A DNA stretch of 63,839 nt, counting the filler, from Kipferlia bialata (taxonomy: Eukaryota), in NCBI GenBank assembly GCA_003568945.1. It is 5 parts of 5 records of this genome, joined end to end, with 100 filler letters (N's around TTAATTAATTAA, not from the genome) between each part and the next. Parts side by side here need not be neighbours in the genome. Positions count along the whole stretch, not along the records: positions 1 to 16,571 come from BDIP01000591.1; 4 more parts are not named here. One strand, given 5' to 3'. The position numbers and the translations under genes were made by a program. The notes under the pieces are model-generated. The model searched no databases. It saw only the letters and a list, made by a program, of their open reading frames with translations, and was not told where the DNA came from. Positions 1 through 12,501 of the stretch are shown here, in pieces. Position 1 is the stretch's first letter, and each line of letters begins with the position of its first letter.

Positions 1-60
1 GGAAAATAGGGTAGGGTGGTGGGGGGGGGGGGGGGTATATTCATATATATGAGTACTAAC

Positions 61-149
61 CTCTTCCTGACGATACGTGGGCACAGGTACAGGTCCAGAC
101 ACCTCTTGAACCTCTCCATGATGAAGTCCTTGTAGGCTGGGATGCGCCT

Positions 150-193
<44 letters not shown>

Positions 194-1110
194 TGGGATG
201 CGCCTGAATGTAAGGGATATATATTATATATATTATAGGAATGATACACCAGTGCATAATGTCACCCAAGTATGATAGTCACTAGTTAAGGGTGTTCACA
301 TATATGAACCTACGCCACTATGATGCCCCAGCGAAAGGATGGGATATCTGAATCAAAGAGAATCACAGGATATAGATACGATCACATATCAATGTATGTA
401 TGCACACAAATCAGACAACGGGTATGGAATACTACTAGAACAACATATAATATCAAAGTCTGAGCATCACAAGCAAGAGAGAGAGAGATGCGGTACCTGA
501 ACTTGCCAAAGGCTGTGGGAGTGAAGTCGTAGGGCCTGTCCTCCTCCTCCCTCTCACCCCACTCGGCCAGCTCCTTCTTGGTAGGAATGTACTCGGGAGG
601 GGGGTTGAAGGACTCGGCGTGGCCTGGGAGGCGCATGCCGGGTGCAGACAGGTAGGACCTCTTCATCTGGGCAACGTCCAGGATATCTCTGTCCATCCAC
701 ACATCGTACCGCTGCTCTGGGACCAGCTGCTTGTCGCCAGGGAGCGCAGCCTTGCGCTTGGCGTCCAGCTCGGGGTCCAGGTCGCCACGGCGGATGGCTG
801 CGGCGATACGCTTGACAGTGCGGCCCTCGGAACGGCTGGGGATGTAGGCGGCCTTCATGAGGGGAGCATCGGATATCTGGAAGTCTGCCAGCTTGGACTT
901 GGCCAGACCGGCTGTGTAGTTGGCCCAGGGGTCGTTGTCGTGGGCGTGGTGGCCCCTCTCGACCCTACGGATCATGTTAACCTCCTCATTGGTCAGCTCT
1001 GTGACCTCACCGGTCACTGGGTCATAAAGACGCCTGAAGAAGGAGGGGTCGGACTTCTGCTGCACATAGTGATCGAGCAGCGAAGCGTCTGTCTCTCTAT
1101 CCTGTGACAT
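61..1110 (-). CDS. BOP1: Ribosome biogenesis protein BOP1/ERB1, 5' part (exons 1110-497 and 147-61; runs off the window start)
   Basis: BOP1 N-terminal domain motifs: DPSFFRRLYDPVTGEVTELTNEE, APGMRLPGHAESFNPPPEYIPT. After a GT-AG intron (496-148) comes RRIPAYKDFIMERFKRCLDLYLCPR. Confidence 0.93.
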
Positions 1111-1503
1111 CGCTCAAGAAGGCCGCATCTTGAGGGAATGTCTAGTCCCTTTGGATGAGGTGGCTAAGGCAAAAACAGCATGATCACCGGTGAACTGAGT
1201 TCGTCCCAGTAGAGCCTAGTAGGGTACCTACAAGGACACTGCCGTATGCGGGCTTTGTTTGTATCATTAACACACGTGTCCGGACATCAGGTACTATATA
1301 TCTCTGTTCCAAGCCCAAGACAGTCCGGATTCAGACACTATTCAAGACTATACCCAGAACACAACAGACAACGCAACTCAACGGCACTATTTATGGATGT
1401 AAAAGGCACATTAGGGCACCACTTGCACACTGGGGTTCAAGAGTCAGGTGTATCCTGACCCTCTAGCCCACTAGGTACCAGATGAGAGGCATACAACGAG
1501 GCC

Positions 1504-1931
1504 TCACTCGTCCTGGTAGAGGGGGTCACGCTTGTCGATGGGGGTGGCGGTCACAGTCTCCTTGGTGTCCCTGTCGCTGCCCCAGCCGTGGGCAGACTTG
1601 CCTCCCTTGGCACCCTGGCCACCGCGAACGGTGCCGGCGCCTGGGGCTGGGGTCAGATGATGCAGAGTTAAGGGAGAGAACAGGAGGAGCATTGTTGATG
1701 AAACAAATAAGGCAGAGAACGCACAAAAAGGTCAACAAGGCGTGTCATTAGTTACAAACACTACATTAAAGACACTATTGCGGTAATATGATACACAACA
1801 CCTGGCAGGAGCCGAGAAAATTCCAAAAATATGTCAGTCGATTCAAGAACTCTCAGCTAATGCCGGATAAAGCAGAAAAACTAACCTCCGTGGCGCTCCT
1901 GGCGCACCTCAGTCTTGGGATCGGGGGTCAT
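1504..1931 (-). CDS. 62-aa microprotein with PDCD4/SERBP1(HABP4)-like GG..WG...DPxY motif (exons 1931-1886, 1646-1504)
   Basis: ATG at 1931, donor gttag at 1885, acceptor ctgaccccag ending at 1647. The exons join in frame (46+143 nt) to give MTPDPKTEVRQERHGAPGAGTVRGGQGAKGGKSAHGWGSDRDTKETVTATPIDKRDPLYQDE*. Confidence 0.7.
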
Positions 1932-2004
1932 TGTTGTGTGTTGTGGTTTATGGGTGAAGAAGAAGCGTGTGACGTCAGTGGCCACTGTTCACCGATGGTC
2001 TTGG

Positions 2005-2040
2005 CACACCCTTTTGGCAAAAAGACACCACACCCTTTTG
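2005..2040 (+). promoter_or_regulatory. Direct repeat CACACCCTTTTG x2 in a divergent intergenic region; candidate promoter element
   Basis: Exact 12-mer at 2005-2016 and 2029-2040, between head-to-head ATGs at 1931 (-) and 2174 (+). A similar motif occurs upstream of other starts. Confidence 0.35.
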
Positions 2041-2173
2041 TGATTCTTTTTGTTTCGATGTTGGAGTCTACTCTCTCTCCATCACTATACGAGCACTTCT
2101 GAGCACCAATATACCGTCCCCCTCACCTACACCCTCCTTTACCTGTAGCTGGGTACTGTGTGGTGTGTGAGAG

Positions 2174-4808
2174 ATGGGTGACCGTGCGTCTAACCGTACG
2201 TATCTGGCCGGCCACCCCGAGCTAAAGGTACACCTACTGCACTATCACTATAGTACTCTCTATAGTATTCCATGCTGATGTATGCTCATCCCCCAGGTGT
2301 TTGTGACCTCAATGGTGGCAGCCCTGATCTCTAGGCGGCCTGATGACCCCCAGAGCTATATATCTGAGTGGGTCAGGACCCCTGGTCTCTGTGACCACAT
2401 TGCTAGACAGGTATATACTATACACACATAGTGAAACATTCTACATTGCAGCCTGACATAGGGTGCTATGTGTATCTGTCTTTGTGTGTGCTACCAGTCT
2501 TTCTGGTATCTACCCTTCTTCTCTGCATGCAATGTTGCCAGGCAGGTGTATAGTGTAGACTTACTATACTAACTCCCATCCAATACTGTGCACCAGACAC
2601 TAATATCGCTTTCTCTATACTTTACAATTAGTGTGTACGACTTCTCACTCAGCATCAGTATCAGCATCTACCACTTCCCACTCTGACTCACCTGCAGAGA
2701 GTATATTTAGTTAGTATTGTGTATATGTATATAGTTTAATAATAATAGTATTACATATATATTAATACATATATGTATACATATGCATGTGTATATATAC
2801 CTTTGCCTCTTTATTTATAGGTATGAGCAGGCAGCTGGACAGACCTCAACCAGAGGGGCATATTCTCTTCCATTATATAGGATCACATAGTATATAGTAT
2901 ACATCAACTAATGTGTTACTTATATATAGGTGGGAGCAGGAGATATGTATAAATGTCTATGAATCCATCTTTACCTCATCATCTCTTATCCTGTAGGTCG
3001 GTGCTGGTAGCTGGATAGACCTCCTCAAGCAGAGAGGTGTGTACGTTGACCCAGAGCCAGAGCCGGAGCCCACACCTGAGCCATCAGTGCCGGAGAGCGA
3101 GGGAGAGGCCACTGAGGAGGTATATATATATATTATATACTATTGTATATCGATAGATATATATATATATATATATATACCTGAACATCGGCACCAGAGA
3201 GCGAGGGAGAGGCCATTGAGGAGGTATATATCACATATATCATATATGAAAGACCAAGGAAACGGATAAACGATGGTAGTTGTTAATGTTGTCTAACTCG
3301 CAGATTTCAGAGGCCTCTTCTGACGAGGTTGCTCTGTCCAGGTCGGGGTCTAGGGGACCCAGTAGGCCCGGATCTAGGTATGTATATAAATCAATGTCCT
3401 TTCATATTTTCTTATCTCGCGACAGATGAATCAATATCATTTCTATTTCTCATAACTCTCCATTCTCGCTACAGGCTAGGGTCTAGGTATGGAGTGGACT
3501 TCAACACCTAAGCATTGAAATCTGACTCCTTTATGTGTTTCTTATACCAGGCCAGGCTCCAGGAGCATGAGGCGGGGCAAGAGCATGGGGGCCATAGCAA
3601 GGTATACATTGTATAGTAATATACCAACTATTGTGCTTATATACCCCTTCCTTTCTCTCTCAATGTGAGCATGAGGTGGGGCAAGAGCATGGGGGCAATA
3701 GCAAGGTTAGTATTGGGATGTATGTGAAATGCATATTGTTATTATACCCAAAGCTATTTGTTAGTGTTACACTGCTATTGATTATGTGGGGCAAGAGCAT
3801 GAGGGCCATAGCAAGGAAAGAATACATATATTTATACCGCTCCTCTCTCCATGTCTTCCACCTTTTCCCTCTCTCATAATGTATATGTGTGTCTTTACAT
3901 GATTCTTTTTCATATGGATTCCGTCTCTAATCCTGCAGGAGGGGCAGCACTCTCTTTGGTACAGAGAGCACAGGGAGTATGTCAAGGTATGTTCAGTGAT
4001 GTATCAGTACATTCTTTTACCGGCTCGGGAGGCTATATCCCCCCCCCCCCCTTCCGACCATCCCCCTCCTCGCATATCCATTTCATTCCAAGAAGCGGGA
4101 CTCTCCTCTGGCTCTCACAATGGCAACACTAGCTCTCTGTCTTCTGCTAACCAATAGGCGTGGTAGCACTCTCCTTGGCTCTGACACTGGCAACAGTCGC
4201 TATACGCTCTCTCTCTATTTATCTTTTTGTCTTACCCATAGGCGTGGCAGCACTCTCCTTGGGTCTGACAATGGCAACAGTGGCTGGATGCGGTCTCTCT
4301 CCCTGCCCTGTGTCAGGGACAGTGGCAGAGTGGTCATGGAACAACTGAGTAATAGCCTAAAGTATAAGGTATGTATATATATATATATATATATAGTGTA
4401 ATATAGTATATATATAGTATAATGTGGAACATAAGTCTATGTACATTTGTATATATTCATTGTTTCTAAGACAGTGGCAGAGTGGTCATGGAACAGCTCA
4501 GCAATAGCCTGAAGTATAAGGTACATATCGGTATATGTATATTGTGTCTTGTCATTATTTTTGCTAAGCATCAGGATACTAACACACCCTTCTTCTGCCT
4601 TGTGCCTGACCTGGCTACTATGGCATACAGTGCCCCACTCGCTGTGGCACGGTTAGCGGCGTCGCTAGCACTCTTAGGTTCATTGGTGTATATATATATT
4701 GGGGTGTATACGTATGGCATTCAGTGCACCACTGGCTGTGGCCAACCTGGCAGCATCACTTGACTTGATAGGCTTCACCCAGAAGGACCATGTGGATGAC
4801 CATGAGTA

Positions 4809-4859
<51 letters not shown>

Positions 4860-5515
4860 CCATATTCTAATTATTAACCCTAGGTGGCGGTGTCTTCACC
4901 CAGAAGGACCATGTGGATGACCATGAGTGCGAGGATGCAGTGCCACTGATACACGTTCAGGTGTGTATATAGATATAGTATTTATACTATATATATATAT
5001 ACTTAGTGTATACTATGTAGTGTTGTCTTCAATTTGTACAGTACCGCACCCCTCTTTATTCTTACCTTACCACCAGGCCGGCAACCTCCTATGTCCCTAC
5101 CCATCACCCACAATCATCGGGGGAGACACAGGTACATAGAGTGTATATATAGAGTGTATATATATGTGTATACTAGTACATACATATGAAATATTCAACC
5201 TCCTCTGCCCCTAACCATCACCCACCATCATCGGGGGAGACACAGGTATGTATAGTGTGGATATCATCTTGTTTTCACCAGAGCACATAGATATATGTAC
5301 TATATAATATATGAATAGTATAAAACACTATATACTGACCTCAGGTAGTGGTGAATGGGACGACACCGCCACCCTCGGATGTATAGAGCACATAGATATT
5401 ATAAGTATACTATACTATAACAATGTGTATACTTTATAGTACTAATACCCAGGAAGCGGTGAATGGGACGACACAGCCACCCTAGGGTGTATAGAGCACA
5501 TACCCCTGACTATAG

Positions 5516-5546
<31 letters not shown>

Positions 5547-6181
5547 TACTAACCTATAGGCAGCACTGAATGGGACGACACCGCCACCCTCGGCTGTATA
5601 GAGCACATTGATATTATATATATATCCTATACACACTGACCTATAGGCAGTGGCGAGTGGGATGACACAGCGACCCTTGGGTGCATAGAGCATATAGACA
5701 TTATAAGTATACTATACAATATATATATATTATAGTACTAATACCCAGGAAGCGGTGATTGGGATGACACAGCCACCCTAGGCTGTATAGATCACATGGC
5801 ACTAGTAGTATTATATATAATAATAATATGTATATATATACAGTACTATACTAATGTACAGGCAGCGGTGATTGGGACGACACTGCCACCCTTGGGTGCA
5901 TAGAGCACATGGCAGCCCTGGCCCCATGCATCAGTGGCATAGGATACATGGAACTATGCTATGGACTGAAGGTATATATATAGTGTATATATATATATAT
6001 AGTATGGCAGCCCTGGCCCCATGCATCAGTGGCATAGGATNNNNNNNNNNNNNATAGTATGGCAGCCCTGGCCCCATGCATCAGTGGCATAGGATACATG
6101 GAACTGTGTTATGGACTGAAGGTATATTATATAGTGTATGTCTATATATATATGTATATACTCTTTCTGTCATCATACTCC

Positions 6182-6227
<46 letters not shown>

Positions 6228-9200
6228 GTATCTACCCTCAGGGCGTTGTGGACATGTGGCCTGACACACTCTTTGTGGCATCACGGTCTCTCTCCGTCTC
6301 TCTCTCTCTTTGTATTCTTCTCTGTATATGTGTACTATATACATGTCTTACTCTAGGGTGTAGTGGACATGTGGCCGGACACCCTCTTTGTGGCATCCAA
6401 CCTCAGGAGCAGCAGAGTCGCCATGTCAATGGTAAGCAGTGCATATATGTATATGTGTATGTATATACATGTATATGTATCTGTATACAAAAGTATCCAA
6501 CCTCAGGAGCAGCAGAGTCGCCATGTCGATGGTATGTATGAGGATACCTATCTCTCTCTCTCTCTCTCTCTCTCTCCCCCTCCATATCTCTGTCTCTCCC
6601 TCTGCACCTTTATTAACGGAGAAGGAGGAAAGAATATGAATAATATATAAATTGCTCGATACATGTATATATATACATACCTCACCCCCTAGGCCATGGA
6701 GAAGGAGGGCAGGCGTCGGTGGGGAGTGCCAGAGGCACCGCCATGGCAGGTATATTGCTTATTGTCAGTACATATATATATATATTATATATATATATGT
6801 GTGTGTGTATGTATGTATAATTCTGTATTGTGTTCTTTTGGTGGGTAGTGCCAGAGGCACCGCCATGGCAGGTAGGGACAGATATATGTATATGCATACA
6901 CAAGTGTAATATCAATATGGCAGGTATATATAATAACTGCGCATATTGTCAGTATATATATACATATATACTTATATATATATATTTCTAGATTCGGTGG
7001 GGAGTCCCCAGAAGCACCGCCCAATCGGGTATGGGCAGATCTTCATTTGTCAGCAAGTTATACCTCCTTGTGTTTACTCACTCTCCTTCTGGAAGGTGGT
7101 GATGACAAGGCCGATCCCCCCCCCCCCTCTCTCTCTCTATGTATATGTGTATTATTTAGTACATATCCCCAGGAGGGTGATGACCACCGGTGTCTCCCTC
7201 TGTCTCTCTGTCATTGGACTTCAATTATGTATAATGTATCTTAATATCATTCACATCCAGGAGGGTGACGATGACAATGCCGACAAGTCCCTCAAGCCAT
7301 CGGCCTCTGCCACATCACTGGACCTGGGGGTGGATGAGGTATATAGTGTAGCATATAGTGTATATAGTATTATGTGTATTGTATAAATAGTATATGTAGT
7401 CATATAGGTATTAGTGTATTACAATAGTGTTTAGTAGCCTTCAGCCTCTGCCACATCACTGGATCTGGGGGTGGATGAGGTATATATATATATATATATA
7501 TTGTATATAAGTATAGAGTGTATTGTGTATTCTATATGCATTAACTATCTGCCACATCACTGGACCTGGGGGTGGATGAGGTATATATATATATAGATTG
7601 ATGTATATAGTATATGTGTATATGGCTGGGTGTATTAGTATATATGGTATATACATTGTCTAGCCATCGGCATCTGCCACATCACTGGACCTCGGGGTGG
7701 ATGAGGTATATATATATGTATGTATATAGTATACAGTATCTATAGTGCAATGAGTATATAGTATACTCAATGCATTATCAAGCCATCGGCATCTGCCACA
7801 TCCTTAGACCTGGGGGTGGATGAGGTATATACTGTAGCTTATAGTGGATATAGTATAATGTGTATAGTGTAAATAGTAGATGCAGTCATGTAGCCATAGG
7901 TATTTGTGTATTACTATAGTGTATAGTGTATAGAGCCTTCAGCCCCTGCCACATCCTTAGACCTCGGGGTGGACGAGGTATATTCTGTGTATTGTATATA
8001 TTTATGTATATGCATGGTATATGTACCACTGGATCTATACATACACCATCTAAATCACCAGATTCCCCTCTCCTCCAAGTGGGTAGGGGGTGATGACTGT
8101 GTTGCCTATCCATGTATATACTATATATATACTATATATATATGTCTAATACCAGATCCTCTTGTCCTCCAAGTGGGTAGGTGTTGATGACTGTGTGGCC
8201 TAATATATAGTATAGATATAGTATAGATATACCACCGTATATATATGTATATACTCTTCGTCTAATACCAGATCCCCCTCTCCTCCAAGTGGGTAGAGGG
8301 TGATGACTGTGTGGCCCAATTATAATACCACTGTATATCTTTCAATATATACAAGTGTCCCGCTGTATATATACTATTCATCTAATCCACCAGATCCCCC
8401 TCTCCTCCAAGTGGGTAGGGGGTGATGACTGTGTAGCCGTATAATATACCATTGTGTATAATATACCATTGTGTATAATATATATATATATATGTATCCC
8501 TGTATATATCTATATGCTAGTCTAATACCAGATCCCCCTCTCCTCCAAGTGGGTGGGTGGTGATGACTGTGTGGCCTTGTTGGGCTGTGAGAACGTCAAC
8601 CCTAACATCCCAAACGTCTACCACTTCCTGCCAGTGCTGCACAGGTATCATTGCTCAATAATTATGTATGTATATATGAATGTATTTATACAAGTATCAG
8701 AGTATATTAGTGTATACTACTATATATACTAGTATATACTATACCCTAAAGACTTCCTGCCAGTGCTGCACAGGTATCAGACTCTCTTGACACACTATAC
8801 ACCCATTAAGCCTATATTATTCGGTACTATACAAATATATCCATCTGGGTCATTCTTCCCTCACTTATATATTCCTGTTCCTCTGTGTACTTCCCTATAT
8901 TCACTGTTAGGAAGTCTGCCACGGTTACTGTTGTCCTGTCATGTCTCTTTGTTAGTATATTATACTACATATCCAGTATTACTGAATAATGTATACAGTC
9001 ACTCACTATTAGGAAGTCTGCCACCGTGACCGTTGTCCTGTCCATGCTTTACTATATATATATATATATATATATATGTATACATCTATATATATATATA
9101 TATATGTATACATCTATATATATATATATTCTGAATATATAATTAACAGTTGGATCTATCCTTGTACTCATGCGTAGGAAGTCTGCCACCGTGACCGTTG

Positions 9201-9407
9201 TCTTGTCTATGTTATCACAATGTCATCGTATACAAACTCTGGTTATTTCTATACCTTGAACTTACTTTAATAGTATGTAATCATGAGTCTATTCTCACCC
9301 ATAGGAAGTCTGCCACGGTTACTGTTGTCCTATCTCTGTTGAGCCCAGACATACCAGCCATAGACACAACAACCATGCCAGACTATTCAGGTATACATAC
9401 ATGTATA

Positions 9408-9444
<37 letters not shown>

Positions 9445-12400
9445 AGTGTATTGGCTATGAATGGTATTCTACGCTATGGTCCAGACATACCGGCCATAGA
9501 CACAACTACCATGCCAGACTATTCGGGTACAGTGTGGTGTTTACAATAATATTCCATCATGGTTCATTCAACAACATTCACAGTCATATGTACTGTTCAG
9601 GTATACATGGACCGCATTCATTATAGTATCTGGTGTCATTTATTCACTCACATCCAGGCAACGTGACTGCCCCGACAGGGGAGTCCATCGGAGGCACCAA
9701 CGAGTTCTGCCAGGTATTGATACCACACCAGCCTCGTAGAATAGTTATGCACATGTCTCCAAGTGTAGAAGTATTGTTAGTATCTTATACAAGGTCGACC
9801 CCACCGGTGGAGATGTGTTTGAGATCACTAGGAGGGCACTCCTAGGCACAGTCACGATGCTAAGTAGGCTGGGACTGGAGGTCAAGGGTATGGGTAGCAT
9901 ATATTGTATACTATATGTACATACTAATGTACTAATGCACTCCTGGGGACAGTCACTATGCTCAAAAGACTAGGGCTGGCTTATATGACACTAATATTTA
10001 CCAAAAGCGCTTGTGTCGTGTCTGACACTGTGACATATATACACATTTGTCATAATTGCAATGTGCATGTAGTGCATGTATACATATCTGGTGTTCTGCT
10101 CCTGTCTGGCAATGTGATCTCAGCCGATGTCATTTAATATTCATATGGAATTTTTTTAACATTGTATATGTATATCTGTATATATGTGTATTCATCTTCC
10201 TGACATTAGACTTTGGTGTCCTGTTCCTGTCTGACAATGTGATCCCAGCCGATGTGATAGCAGACATACAGTTCCTGAGGCCTAGCTTAACAATGGGAGT
10301 GCACGTGCTTGGGAGGTTTGTATGTGTATATATGTATTCATATACCATACTATATGCATTTCCTAAGGCCGCACAGAGCGATTACAGCACTAATGCTAAT
10401 ATTGCTTGGCGTGGTTTTGCATATATCCATTGCTGACCCCAGGTACAGTGCCCTCAGCAGACGGTCCAGGTTCTACATGATTGAGAGTGGGCACTACACG
10501 AAGGTGTGACATGTACTATTTTGAATCTATAGTATATATATCTAGTGTATATTTGAAAATTGAATCTATAGTATATATTGTACTGGAATGAATACCCTCT
10601 CACCGCCTAGGCCGATCAGCTAGCCATGCATGCCCTGAGTGACATTAGTGTACATGTATATATAGAGAGAGTATATGTATAGTATATGTATTTATATTCT
10701 TATCCTCCTTCATCCTAGGCTGAACAGCTGGCCATGCATGCCCTGAGTAACATTAGTATATATATATAGGTGTGTGTGTAACTCGATTCACACATATATG
10801 TCTCACCCTAGGCCGAGCAGCTGGCCATGCATGCTCTGAGTGACCTCAGAGTGTGTGAGGCATTCGAGAGAGGTATGTATATATACAGGGTACCACAGTG
10901 TATATGTGGTTAGTATATATGGATACAGATAGGTATAGTGATAGGTAATGCCCTGAGTGACCTCAGGGTGTGTGACGCATTTGAAAGAGGTATGTATATA
11001 TATTTATATATACGAATATATACGTATATGATATAGGATATGATGGGGGATAGTGAATGCTCTCAGTGACCTCAGGGTCTGTGAGGCATTTGAGAGAGGT
11101 TTGGAGTGATCTACATTATTGCACCATCTCTTTCTGATATGTTCCCTTACCCCTCAGGCATCGACATGCACCACAAATCCTGACACACTGTGTATATTGT
11201 GTATATAACCACTATATCAATTTATGTATATATATATATATGTATATATATATGTCTCTGACCCCCTCAGGCATTGACATGCACCACAAGTCGAGGTTCC
11301 CATTCCCTCCATTCCTGGCACCATACTCTGCTAAGGTATATATATATATATGCAGGATGTAGCATTCAATGACATAACACTATATATTCTTGTATATATA
11401 TATATGCTATCTCTGAATACCCGGCTGATGTCTCTGAGGTATGATACCTATATTTTCCATATTTACACCATATATATACTCGATACCATCTTATGTATAT
11501 TTAGTGTTCTATATGTATTGCTCTCTCTACTATATTTATTAGTATACATATGCTATCTACTCTGACCCCCAGGGTGATGTCACTGAGGGCGAGAGAGACG
11601 GAGCACCCTGTGAGTTCAGGTACATAATAGAGTATAATATGTATATTATATAGTATATGCATATACGAGAATGTAAGTGTATACATACAGAGAGGGACGG
11701 TGCCCCCTGTGAGTTCAGGTACATCTCCGTGTATAGTGTGTATTTATGAATTTCGATACATTTCTTTCATTGTGTTTTATCCTTTAGGAGCAGTGGCCTC
11801 CGCACCCCCTCCTTCGTCGTTGACACCTACTCTGACACACACCCTCTTTCTATCTGCATATATAGTATAGTTTCTAGTATTGCACAATCTCATAATAGGA
11901 GCAGTGGCCTCCGCACCCCCTTCTTTGTGGTGGACACATACTCTGACACTCCCTTCTCTCTCTCACTCTCATATATATATACGTAAATAGTATATGTACT
12001 GGTAATTCCTTATATCCAGGTCAAGTGGTCTTCGCACCCCCTCCTTTGTGGTGGATACCTACTCTGACACCCCCCTGTCCACCACCAATGACCCAGACGT
12101 GTCATCACCATACATGGTGGTGGCCATACCCACTATTAGAGGTAGTTATATATATTCTAGAAGTCAACATATGCTGAGTGTTTTCAACACATAAATGATT
12201 GACTAATCCCTTACCTCCTAGCCTCTGGCTCCAGTGAATCCATTGACGGCATCATTGTGTGTTTACCTGTATTGTTTGTACACATGTATACATATTAGTA
12301 CTCATTCCAGCCTCCGACAGTGATGATGCCCTTGACGATGTCAACACCCTGATATGTGTATATACCAGTATACTCATATATATAGTGTAAATGAATTGTA

Positions 12401-12464
12401 AAAGTGAAGTATTGACTCCCAGCCTCCGACTCCGATGCCCTCGATGACATCAATACCCTTACGC

Positions 12465-12501
<37 letters not shown>

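Noticed and set aside
7300..8560. CRISPR-like repeat/spacer appearance of the arrays
   Set aside because: Repeats are degenerate exon fragments ending in splice sites, spacers are variable-length low-complexity DNA, there are no cas genes, and the context is eukaryotic.
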